A stretch of 42,653 bases of DNA, from the NCBI GenBank assembly GCA_029864465.1, contig JAOTTJ010000001.1:1-42653 (forward strand), written 5' to 3'. Source of the DNA: Gammaproteobacteria bacterium (GTDB lineage: Bacteria; Pseudomonadota; Gammaproteobacteria; Steroidobacterales; Rariloculaceae). The notes under the pieces were generated by a model. That model ran no database searches and was not told the DNA's origin. It was given only the letters and a program-made list of their open reading frames with translations. This document shows, one piece after another, positions 1 through 7,840 of the stretch (positions are counted from its first letter, which is position 1; each line of letters begins with the position of its first letter). A program made the translations under genes and the position numbers.

Positions 1-879
1 CTGCAGCCAATTGTTCGGCCGGTTTTCCTCGACGACGAAAAGCCCTTGTAGGCCCATCATGACGTGCACGTGCGGCTGCACGTGGCAGTGATAGAAGGCT
101 GTGCCGGCCGTGCGCGGTTGCACCTCATAGGTGCGCGCAGCGCCTGGCATGACGGGCACCTCGCTCGTGAACGGCACGCCGTCGTTGCCCTCGCCGTCGA
201 CGTCGACAAACGGATGATCGACGCCGTGCAGATGCACGGTGTGCGGCATGTAGTGACCGTTTTCGAGCGTGATGCGGATACGATCACCCTGCTCGACGCG
301 GATCGCCGGTGAAGGTAGGCGCAGCGACGGGCGTGCAGTCAGCGACTCGAAATTCTCTGTCGCCATCCCGACAAACTTTGGTGCAAACGCCCAGAAGCCG
401 GGCATGATGCCCGGCGCGATCGCGTATTGGGTCGCGGGCTCGGGCAGCTCTGGTGAGCCACCGTTGAGCTCGACGACCTCGAGGCGGATGTGAATCTCAT
501 CGGGGTCGCCGTCGCCGTCGAGGTCGGCGCCTTTCTCGACGGCATCGGCCGTCAGGCCGCTCGCCGCAAGTGTCTGCGCGGAGACGTTGTTCGTGCCGCG
601 CACGAAGGCAGCGACGGCGTAGGGATCATCCGCGATGCAGGTTGGTGACGGCAGGATCGCCACGCCGTCGATTGTCTGACCCTCGCGCCAGCCCGAGAGA
701 TCCTCGAGGCAGGCTGGCTCCGGCACGGCATCCTCGACCGACGTCGAGGCCGGCAACGGCTGGTAACCGCTCGCGCCGAACCACTCCGCCCATTGCGCCC
801 GCCACGTGCGCGGGTACCACTGCGGTGGCACGCTCAGCACCGCGATGCCGATGAGCCCGAGCAGCAGCCACCTTCTCAT
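1..879 (-). CDS. Multicopper oxidase / cupredoxin-domain protein; N-terminal 293 codons only, 3' end lies beyond the window start
   Basis: Not in the supplied ORF track because it has no stop inside the window. The minus-strand frame with codons at 1-3, 4-6 and so on has no stop from 879 down to 1. The ATG at 879..877 overlaps the upstream gene's stop (ATGA). The translation starts MRRWLLLGLIGIAVLSV (signal/TM-like). It contains HTVHLHG and, at the window edge, FYHCHVQPHVHVMMGLQG, which are the HxH and HCHxxxHxxxxM copper-ligand motifs of multicopper oxidases. Confidence 0.75.
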   Translation of the reverse strand, partial: MRRWLLLGLIGIAVLSVPPQWYPRTWRAQWAEWFGASGYQPLPASTSVEDAVPEPACLEDLSGWREGQTIDGVAILPSPTCIADDPYAVAAFVRGTNNVSAQTLAASGLTADAVEKGADLDGDGDPDEIHIRLEVVELNGGSPELPEPATQYAIAPGIMPGFWAFAPKFVGMATENFESLTARPSLRLPSPAIRVEQGDRIRITLENGHYMPHTVHLHGVDHPFVDVDGEGNDGVPFTSEVPVMPGAARTYEVQPRTAGTAFYHCHVQPHVHVMMGLQGLFVVEENRPNNWLQ

Positions 880-1502
880 CGTGAGGTCCCCATCGCAGCT
901 CGCGCATTGGCCCACCATCTTGCGGCCGTGCCCGTGGAGACGAGGTAGAGAAATTGCACGGCGATGCCGAGCAGTAGGAACAGCGGCAGCAGGCCCCAGT
1001 TCGTGCCGACCTCGAACGGGAAAACCGTCTCGTACGTTCGGCCCGTATCCGGATAGGTCGTCGTGACGATGCCGATGTACCAGCCGGGCGCGTCGAAGCG
1101 GTGCTCGACCGTGAAGACGGCTTCGCCGCGCACGGCCGCCGGCTCGTAGAAGACGGTTGCCGCGTCGAGATCCTCGATCGTTGCAACGTCCGCCAATCTC
1201 GCGAAGACACCGGCGCCGGTGACGTCGCGGATAATGCGAAAATCGAGCGGCATTTCCTTGAGGCTCGAGTGCAGGTACTCCATGACGAAGATCGTCTGCG
1301 TGACGTCGGGGACGTCCTCGCAGAACTCCTCGCTCGCGCGTGTTTCGGGTTGGTAGATCGTGAAATGAGCCGATAGAAAGCCCATGTTGATTACGCAGAT
1401 ATCCTCCTCGAGCACGACGCCGCCGTGCGCCTGTGCAGGCGGGCTCGATAGGCCCAGCCAGCAGGCGGCGATCAGCGCAGCGATAGCGGTGAATTTCGGC
1501 AT
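876..1502 (-). CDS. Hypothetical exported protein with a C-terminal membrane anchor, translationally coupled to the downstream multicopper oxidase
   Basis: 208-aa ORF. N-terminal signal peptide (MPKFTAIAALIAACWLGLSSPPAQA|HGGVV) and a C-terminal hydrophobic helix (WGLLPLFLLLGIAVQFLYLV). Its stop overlaps the oxidase ATG (ATGA at 876-879). I recognise no family. Confidence 0.6.
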   Translation of the reverse strand: MPKFTAIAALIAACWLGLSSPPAQAHGGVVLEEDICVINMGFLSAHFTIYQPETRASEEFCEDVPDVTQTIFVMEYLHSSLKEMPLDFRIIRDVTGAGVFARLADVATIEDLDAATVFYEPAAVRGEAVFTVEHRFDAPGWYIGIVTTTYPDTGRTYETVFPFEVGTNWGLLPLFLLLGIAVQFLYLVSTGTAARWWANARAAMGTSR

Positions 1503-1552
1503 TCGGAGCGAGTATCTGGCGAAAACGCCAATTATCGCAGTTCTCGTTTAAT

Positions 1553-1612
1553 GGAGTCAGAGCCGATTTAAGGAATCGGGCTCTGACCCGAACGATTGGG
1601 GCTCTGACCCCA
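1553..1612. repeat. REP-like intergenic element, locus A: three copies of the GGGTCAGAGC/GCTCTGACCC core forming an imperfect hairpin
   Basis: GGAGTCAGAGC (1553-1563, forward), GGGCTCTGACCC (1578-1589, reverse) and GGGGCTCTGACCCC (1598-1611, reverse). It lies in the divergent intergenic region between 1502 and 1680. The same core recurs at 6093-6160 and 17623-17640. Confidence 0.5.
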
Positions 1613-1679
1613 ACAGTTCTTCGTCGTTCGGCTTGTATTTGCTATCGTTCCAGGCCTACGGTGCCGACCGAGAATCGTT

Positions 1680-2537
1680 TTGGCAAGGTTCCTCAAAGAC
1701 CCACTCGTGCATTTCGTGCTGCTCGGCGCGGCGATCTTCGGGCTTTTCGCCGTCCTCGAGGATGATCCCGGCGCCGATGAGCGGCGCATTGTCATCCCCG
1801 AGGCCGAGATCGACGGCCTGTGGGGGGCTATGTCGATGCTCTACGGCCGCGCGCCGACCGAGGACGATATCGAGCAGCTCATCGAGCCGCGGATCCGCGA
1901 GGAGGTGCTGTACCGCGAGGCACTCGCGCTCGGGCTCGACCGGGACGACTCTCAGGTGCGCCAGCGGCTCGTCGAGAAAATGACCTTCCTGAGCGAGGAT
2001 CTCATTCCGGCCGAGCCGCCGAGCGATGCGGAGATTGCAGCGTTCTTCGAGACCAATCGCGAGGCCTTCGTCGAGCCCACGCGCGTGGACTTCGAGCAGC
2101 TCTATTTCAGCCCGAGCGCTCATGGTGACGGCATCATGGCTGCCGCCGAGGCTGCGCTCGAGGCGCTGGCCGACGGCGCCAATCCCGATGCGCTCGGTGA
2201 CTCGAGCACGGTGCCGCGCGTGCGCGCAGCTGCATCGGCCGAGGAGCTCAGCGCCGATCTCGGCGAGGAGTACGCGGCGGGCGTGATTGCGCTGCCGGCC
2301 GATCAGGCCTGGCACGGGCCGATCCGCTCATTTTTCGGCGTGCATCTCGTGCGCGTCACGGCGCGCACCGAAGCCCGAACGCCAGCGCTCGAGGAAATTC
2401 GTGAGCGGGTGGTCTCGGCGCTGAATGCCGAGCGCCGCCGCAATGCGAACGAGCAGTCCTATCGAGAGCTGCGCGGACGCTACGACATCATCATCGAGCT
2501 ACCCGAGGCAGTCAGGGAGGCATGGCAGTCCGAATGA
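1680..2537 (+). CDS. Parvulin-like peptidyl-prolyl isomerase family protein (PpiC/Rotamase_2 type), N-terminally membrane anchored
   Basis: 285-aa ORF with a TTG start. N-terminal hydrophobic segment (PLVHFVLLGAAIFGLFAVL). C-terminal GPIRSFFGVHLVRVTAR...EEIRERV resembles the parvulin/rotamase fold of this family. Its stop overlaps the next gene. Confidence 0.6.
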   Translation: MARFLKDPLVHFVLLGAAIFGLFAVLEDDPGADERRIVIPEAEIDGLWGAMSMLYGRAPTEDDIEQLIEPRIREEVLYREALALGLDRDDSQVRQRLVEKMTFLSEDLIPAEPPSDAEIAAFFETNREAFVEPTRVDFEQLYFSPSAHGDGIMAAAEAALEALADGANPDALGDSSTVPRVRAAASAEELSADLGEEYAAGVIALPADQAWHGPIRSFFGVHLVRVTARTEARTPALEEIRERVVSALNAERRRNANEQSYRELRGRYDIIIELPEAVREAWQSE

Positions 2538-3523
2538 GATGGGTCGTGCTCGCGGCGCTCGCGCTCGGCGCGAGCGCCACGCAGGCGCATGAGTTCAGTC
2601 CGGGCTTTCTCGGCTTCACCGAGCTCGAAGCAGACGTCTACCGTGTGCAATGGAAGGTTTCGTTGACGGGAGGGCTGGCCGAAGGACTCCTGCCGCAGCT
2701 GCCGGACGAGTGCACATTCACGGGCGAGCTCAGCGCGTACGTCATGGGCGATGCGCGTGTACAGCAACGGGACGTGCGCTGCGATGGCGGTCTTGCGGGA
2801 CGCACCGTCAGTATCGATGGGCTGCCTTCGACGATGACGGACGTGCTTGTGCGTATCGATTATCTCGACGGCGGCTCAGTCACACATCTGCTGACGCCGG
2901 CGGCGCCTGGCGTCGTTATCGCCGAGGCGCAAGGTGCGCTCGCGGTCGTCGTCACTTACGTCGTGCTCGGCACGGAGCACATTCTGATCGGCATCGATCA
3001 CCTCCTTTTCGTGCTCGCACTGTTGCTGCTCGTCAATGGCGTACGCCGGCTCATCATCACGGTTACGGCGTTCACGCTCGCACACAGCATCACGCTCGGC
3101 GCGGCGACGCTGGGTTTGGTCGATGTTCCCCAGGCGCCGGTCGAAGCAGTTATCGCACTCAGCATTTTATTCCTCGCCGCCGAGCTTGGCCGAAAGGCAG
3201 TGGGCTACGGTGACTCACACGATATCGCGCTCGAGTTTCCGTGGGTCGTCGCGTTCCTGTTCGGCCTGCTGCACGGCTTCGGATTTGCCGGTGCGCTCGC
3301 CGATGTCGGCCTACCGCCGCAAGCTGTGCCGCTCGCGCTGCTGTTTTTCAACGTCGGCGTCGAAATCGGCCAGCTCATTTTCATATTCGCCGTGCTCGGC
3401 CTCGCCTGGGCCTGGCGCCGTGTGCGGCTTCCGGCGCCGCCGGTCTGGCGCGTAGCGGCGGCCTACGGGATGGGATCGGTCGCAGCATTCTGGGTGTTCG
3501 ACCGCACAATCGGCGCGATTTGA
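2522..3523 (+). CDS. HupE/UreJ-family (HupE_UreJ_2-like) membrane protein
   Basis: 333-aa ORF. Signal peptide ...ASATQA|HEFSPGF, followed by a periplasmic domain and about six hydrophobic helices (HILIGIDHLLFVLALLLL..., FLFGLLHGFGFAGAL, LLFFNVGVEIGQLIF). An alternative ATG at 2534 forms an ATGA overlap with the upstream stop (2535-2537). Confidence 0.7.
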   Translation: MAVRMRWVVLAALALGASATQAHEFSPGFLGFTELEADVYRVQWKVSLTGGLAEGLLPQLPDECTFTGELSAYVMGDARVQQRDVRCDGGLAGRTVSIDGLPSTMTDVLVRIDYLDGGSVTHLLTPAAPGVVIAEAQGALAVVVTYVVLGTEHILIGIDHLLFVLALLLLVNGVRRLIITVTAFTLAHSITLGAATLGLVDVPQAPVEAVIALSILFLAAELGRKAVGYGDSHDIALEFPWVVAFLFGLLHGFGFAGALADVGLPPQAVPLALLFFNVGVEIGQLIFIFAVLGLAWAWRRVRLPAPPVWRVAAAYGMGSVAAFWVFDRTIGAI

Positions 3524-3633
3524 GCCTTCGCTGGGGATCGGAATGTGATCTGGATACGCTCAACCACAGGCGTATATTGTTATTTAAGGTGTGCCCTGCG
3601 AGGGCGTTTCGGGCCGAACCAGAGATCTCGACA

Positions 3634-6087
3634 ATGAACCACATCATCACGAGCCGCTGGGCTCACCTGGCCGGCGCACTTCTCACGCTGTTCGCGTTGC
3701 CTAGCTACGCGCAGGTCGAGTTCGGCGACGACCGCAGCGAGTGGGCTAACGATGGCGAGTGCGATGATCCGCGCTTCGTCGGCGGCGGCATGGCCGACGT
3801 GTTGCTCGATGAGGATCTCTACGCCGATGCGACCGACTGTCGCAGTCTGTTTGACGCCGGCCGTATTCGGCTTCGCGCTACCACGGGCGTGGAATTCGGT
3901 GACGACCGCAGCCAGTGGTCCAACGACGGCGACTGCGACGACCCGCGATTTGCCGGCAACGGTATGGCTGACGTGTTGCTCGATGAGGACCTCTACGCTG
4001 ATGCGACCGATTGCCGCAGCCTGTTCGAGGCCGGCCGGATTCGCCTACGCGATGCGCAAGGAGCCAGCACCGTATCGGCCGAAGAGGTCGATTTCGGTGA
4101 CGATTCCGGAGAGTGGACGCATGACGGTGAGTGCGATGATCCGCGTTTCGTCGGCGACGGCATGGCCAACATTCTGCTCGATGAGGATCGGCTTGCGGAT
4201 GCGACCGATTGCCGCACGCTATTCACCGCTGGCAGGATAACGTTGCGCACAGGTAACGCGGATTTTCGCGGTCGTGCATCGGCGACTGCGCTAACTCTCG
4301 GCGCCGAAGAGCGCGGTCGGCTCGAGTCCGGTGACGGCACTCTGGAGTCTGGCGAATACCGCGACTACTTCACGTTCGAGGGCGCAGAAGGCGACATCGC
4401 CGTGGTCGATCTGCGCTCGGAGGATTTCGATCCTTACCTGATCGTGCACACGCCGAGCGGCGAGCAGTTCGATAACGATGATTACGAGGGCGATATCTCG
4501 CGCTCGTTCCTGACGCTCCCGCTGATGGAGTCCGGGACGTATACCGTCGGCGTCACGAGCTATGACGCCGAAGAGACCGGCGACTACATGCTGCGCGTCG
4601 AGACCGAGGTCGACGATGGACAGGGCATGGGCACGATCGAGCGGGTGGGTGAGCTCGCCGAGGGAGATTCGACGCTCGACTCCGGCGAGTACGTCGATTC
4701 CTATGAGTTCATCGGGCGGCCCGGCGATCGTGTAACGATCGATCTACGCTCTGCTGATTTCGACACGTACGTCATGCTCGTCGAACCGAGCGGCGAGCAG
4801 CAGGAGAACGACGACGCCGACGATACGGGTCACAGCCGTATCGAGACGGCACTTTCCGAAACGGGTGTCTACGAGGTCATCGTCACGTCATACGAGCCCG
4901 GCGAGGTTGGCAACTATGAGCTCGTCATCGATCAGGTCGACGGGACGGGCATACAACCGAGCCGCGAACCCGGGACGCTGACGGTCGGACGCAATACGAG
5001 CGGTAGGCTCGAGTCGATCGACCTCGAATCGGAGACAGGGGCGTATCGCGATCTATTCGTCTTCGACGGCACGGCAGGCGAAAGCATCCGTGTCGAGATG
5101 AGCTCCGAAGATTTCGACACCTTTGTCGCATTAACGACACCCGGCGGTGACGTTATCGATAACGATGACTTCGAGGGCAGCACGGCGCGTTCGGTCGTCG
5201 AGCTCGAGCTGCCCGAGACCGGTCGCTACCGCGTCGCGGCAACGTCTTATGGCGCAGGTGAAACGGGCGCATACCGCCTGCTCGTCGATGCGCGTTCTGG
5301 ACCCGCGACGGTCCTCGGGCGCTCCGGCGAGCGCGGCCGCGGGCGCACGTACGGCATCTTCGCCGGGATCAGTGATTATCCGGGTACCGACAACGATCTC
5401 GAGTTCACGGCAGACGATGCGATTCGCGTACGCGACGCGCTGATACGCGGCGGCGGCATGCGGGCCGAGGATGCAGTCACGCTGACCGACGCCGATGCGA
5501 CAGTCGAGAATCTGCGAGACGCGATCGAAGGTCTAGCGGCGCAAGCCGGACCTCAGGATACGTTCGTGCTGTTCTATTCCGGACACGGCGACCGCGTGGA
5601 ACGTGCGGGTGGTCCAGAAGTCTTCGATCCCGATGCGCTCGATGAGACGCTAGAGCTTTACGATGACGCCGTTAGCGACGATGAGCTGCGCGTTATGCTC
5701 GACTCGGTCCGAGCGGGCACGACATTGCTGTTGCTCGATTCGTGCTTCAGCGGTGGATTCTCGAAGGATGTGATCTCTGTCCCTGGACGCATGGGCCTGT
5801 TCTCGTCGGAGGAAGATGTCACGTCGCAGGTTGCGGTCAAGTTCCGTGCCGGAGGGTATCTGTCGTTCTTTCTCGACGAGGCGATCGGTGATCGTCTAGC
5901 CGATGAGGACGGCAACGGCGACGTCACTGCCCTCGAGCTCAGCGAGTACGTGCACGCGCGCTATCGCGATGATATCAAGCCGGCTAGTACCGGAAACCTC
6001 GTTCGTGAGGGCGGCGCGCAATCGAGTTATCAACGCCTGGTCGTCGATCGCGGCAGCATCGGCCCGTACGATGTTCTTTTCCCCTAA
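3634..6087 (+). CDS. Secreted multidomain caspase-family (peptidase C14) protease: signal peptide, 3 Cys/Asp-rich repeats, 3 PPC-like (pre-peptidase C-terminal type) domains, caspase domain
   Basis: I use the ATG at 3634 (MNHIITSRWAHLAGALLTLFALPSYAQ|VEF, a clear signal peptide). The track's 3241 start overlaps the HupE gene. The caspase His-Cys dyad is present: FYSGHGD (His codon 5584-5586) and LLLDSCFSGG (Cys codon 5743-5745). Three ~100-aa repeats at 4291..5289 carry the pattern G.L...D..D.Y.F....G..V.IDL.S.DFD.Y..L..P.G.....DD, which is typical of PPC domains. Confidence 0.8.
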   Translation: MNHIITSRWAHLAGALLTLFALPSYAQVEFGDDRSEWANDGECDDPRFVGGGMADVLLDEDLYADATDCRSLFDAGRIRLRATTGVEFGDDRSQWSNDGDCDDPRFAGNGMADVLLDEDLYADATDCRSLFEAGRIRLRDAQGASTVSAEEVDFGDDSGEWTHDGECDDPRFVGDGMANILLDEDRLADATDCRTLFTAGRITLRTGNADFRGRASATALTLGAEERGRLESGDGTLESGEYRDYFTFEGAEGDIAVVDLRSEDFDPYLIVHTPSGEQFDNDDYEGDISRSFLTLPLMESGTYTVGVTSYDAEETGDYMLRVETEVDDGQGMGTIERVGELAEGDSTLDSGEYVDSYEFIGRPGDRVTIDLRSADFDTYVMLVEPSGEQQENDDADDTGHSRIETALSETGVYEVIVTSYEPGEVGNYELVIDQVDGTGIQPSREPGTLTVGRNTSGRLESIDLESETGAYRDLFVFDGTAGESIRVEMSSEDFDTFVALTTPGGDVIDNDDFEGSTARSVVELELPETGRYRVAATSYGAGETGAYRLLVDARSGPATVLGRSGERGRGRTYGIFAGISDYPGTDNDLEFTADDAIRVRDALIRGGGMRAEDAVTLTDADATVENLRDAIEGLAAQAGPQDTFVLFYSGHGDRVERAGGPEVFDPDALDETLELYDDAVSDDELRVMLDSVRAGTTLLLLDSCFSGGFSKDVISVPGRMGLFSSEEDVTSQVAVKFRAGGYLSFFLDEAIGDRLADEDGNGDVTALELSEYVHARYRDDIKPASTGNLVREGGAQSSYQRLVVDRGSIGPYDVLFP
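3715..4248 (+). repeat. Coding tandem repeat (3 units starting 3715, 3889, 4087) within the caspase gene
   Basis: Units read VEFGDDRSEWANDGECDDPRFVGGGMADVLLDEDLYADATDCRSLFDAGRIRLR, VEFGDDRSQWSNDGDCDDPRFAGNGMADVLLDEDLYADATDCRSLFEAGRIRLR and VDFGDDSGEWTHDGECDDPRFVGDGMANILLDEDRLADATDCRTLFTAGRITLR. Each unit has two conserved Cys. Units 1 and 2 are also clearly similar at the DNA level. Confidence 0.85.
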
Positions 6088-6092
6088 TTACC

Positions 6093-6160
6093 GGGGTCAG
6101 AGTCATTGCCGGAGTCAGAGTAAGAATTGCGGTCTGAACCGCAATTCTTACTCTGACTCC
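6093..6160. repeat. REP-like intergenic element, locus B, containing a perfect 23-bp stem / 4-nt loop hairpin; probably also the caspase gene terminator
   Basis: GGGGTCAGAGT at 6093-6103. GGAGTCAGAGTAAGAATTGCGGT (6111-6133), loop CTGA, then ACCGCAATTCTTACTCTGACTCC (6138-6160), an exact reverse complement. It begins 6 nt after the stop at 6087. Confidence 0.65.
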
Positions 6161-6222
6161 AATTTGATTGCGGTTCGACCCTAATTTTCTGACAATGCGC
6201 TGAGTTCCGCTCGAGGAGGCAC

Positions 6223-7035
6223 ATGAACGTGATCGCGTTACTGGCGGCCCATCTCGTTGCGCTGCAGGGCCAGGCCGTGCAGCTCAGCCAGACGCACGAG
6301 CCGGGTCTGGAAGCCGTCGAGGTCCGTTGGAACGATCACACCATTCCTTACGTGCGCCGTGAGTCCGAATGGATTACGGTCGTCGGGATCGATCTCGACA
6401 CGCGGGCGGGGGCGTACCCCGCCGAGATCGAGCTCGAGTTTGCAGACGGCAGGACTGCGACGCGAACGGACACGATCGAGGTCCGTAGCAAGGAATTTCG
6501 CACGACAGAGCTCACGGTCGCGCCGGGTTACGTCGAGCTCAGCCCGGAGGATCAGGAACGCGCTGCGCGCGAGCGGCGCGAGATCGCGGCCGTTTACTCG
6601 AAATTAACGCCGACCGCGCATTGGTCTGAGCCATTCGCCGTGCCGATCCCGGGCGTCGAGGGTGGGCGCAATTTCGGCCACCGGCGTGTCTTCAACGGTC
6701 AGCCGCGCGCGCCGCATTCGGGCGCCGATCTTCGCGCGGCTACGGGCACCCAGATTCGTGCCGCGAATACCGGCACGGTCGTGCTGGCGAAAAATTTATT
6801 CTTCAGCGGCAACGCCGTGTTCGTTGATCACGGGCTCGGTGTCTTTTCGACGTATCTGCATCTATCCGAGATCAACGTCGACGTCGGTGATACGGTCGAG
6901 CGCGGTCAGGTTATCGGTCTGGCGGGCGCAACGGGTCGCGTCACGGGCCCGCATCTGCACTGGGGCGTACGCGTGCTCGATGCGCGCGTGGATCCGTTCT
7001 CGCTGTTGAGCCTCGATACGCCCGTGGTTCAGTGA
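6223..7035 (+). CDS. M23-family (LytM-type) metallopeptidase
   Basis: 270-aa ORF with a GAGGAGG Shine-Dalgarno sequence upstream. M23 zinc motifs are present: HSGAD (HxxxD), then VFVDHGLGVFSTYLHLSEI and TGPHLHWGV (HxH). Confidence 0.85.
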   Translation: MNVIALLAAHLVALQGQAVQLSQTHEPGLEAVEVRWNDHTIPYVRRESEWITVVGIDLDTRAGAYPAEIELEFADGRTATRTDTIEVRSKEFRTTELTVAPGYVELSPEDQERAARERREIAAVYSKLTPTAHWSEPFAVPIPGVEGGRNFGHRRVFNGQPRAPHSGADLRAATGTQIRAANTGTVVLAKNLFFSGNAVFVDHGLGVFSTYLHLSEINVDVGDTVERGQVIGLAGATGRVTGPHLHWGVRVLDARVDPFSLLSLDTPVVQ

Positions 7036-7104
7036 CCCTGCGACCGCTAGTCAACGATCCCGATACCGGTAAAATGAGGGCTGTCCGATAATCGGGGAGC
7101 CGCA

Positions 7105-7719
7105 TTGGCATCCATGGTGATGGAGATCAGGCGCCGCTTTGCACGTATGGCCGGGGCCGCGATTGTGGCCGTCTCGGTATGGTCGTTGGCCGCTGTGAGC
7201 TCGGCTCAAGGTTGGATCGACTATGTCGATCTCGAGCAGCGATTTCGCATCAACCTGCCCCACGAGCCCGCCGTGGAGGATTCGGCCTTCCTCGGCGAGT
7301 ATGGCGACGAGCTACCGGTGCGGATCTATACGGCCTCGGATGGGATCAGCGACTACAAGGTCAGTGTGATCGACTACCGCAGCGCCGGCGTTACGGAGAA
7401 TCGCGCGTCGATCGCGTTCCAGGCCCTGCAATACCGGCGCCGGGGTGGTGAGGTTACGCACGATGCGTATGCCCAGATCGACCGGATCGAAGGCCATCAG
7501 CTGCAGATCACGAACCCTGATCAGAGTCGCACGTTCGTCGCGATCCACCTGCACCGCGGGCGCCTGTATGTCGTCGAGGCGAATGCGCCGCCGGGCGCGC
7601 CGCCGCCGGGGCTCGTCCAGCAGTCGCTCGTCATGCTCGATGAGTATGGTAATCACGTGCGCTACGAGCTCGATGCCGACGGCAACCGCGCGCGCGCGCG
7701 GACCGTCGAGGCGGATTGA
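7105..7719 (+). CDS. Hypothetical secreted protein
   Basis: 204-aa ORF. TTG start 5 nt after GGGGAG. Signal peptide (AAIVAVSVWSLAAVSSAQG). I recognise no family. Confidence 0.5.
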   Translation: MASMVMEIRRRFARMAGAAIVAVSVWSLAAVSSAQGWIDYVDLEQRFRINLPHEPAVEDSAFLGEYGDELPVRIYTASDGISDYKVSVIDYRSAGVTENRASIAFQALQYRRRGGEVTHDAYAQIDRIEGHQLQITNPDQSRTFVAIHLHRGRLYVVEANAPPGAPPPGLVQQSLVMLDEYGNHVRYELDADGNRARARTVEAD

Positions 7720-7840
7720 ACTGTGACAGGCGCAAGGGCTTCTCGTCTATCGATCGGCATTGTCCGCCGTTGTGCGAGGATCTATGCTCTTAGCGATGCG
7801 TGCGCAAGGTGAGCCGCTCTCGAACGAGGTCGTGAATAAC

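Noticed and set aside
3241-3633. The 131-codon N-terminal extension of the caspase ORF given in the track (start 3241)
   Set aside because: It overlaps the 3' end of the HupE/UreJ gene in another frame, is Arg/Ala-rich nonsense typical of GC-rich shadow frames, and precedes a textbook signal peptide that starts at the ATG at 3634.
3715-5289. Regularly spaced direct repeats that might suggest a CRISPR array or satellite
   Set aside because: The repeats are in frame, 162-198 nt (N-terminal module) or about 300 nt (PPC-like) long, diverge at synonymous positions and encode conserved protein domains. There are no short identical repeats separated by unique spacers anywhere in the window.
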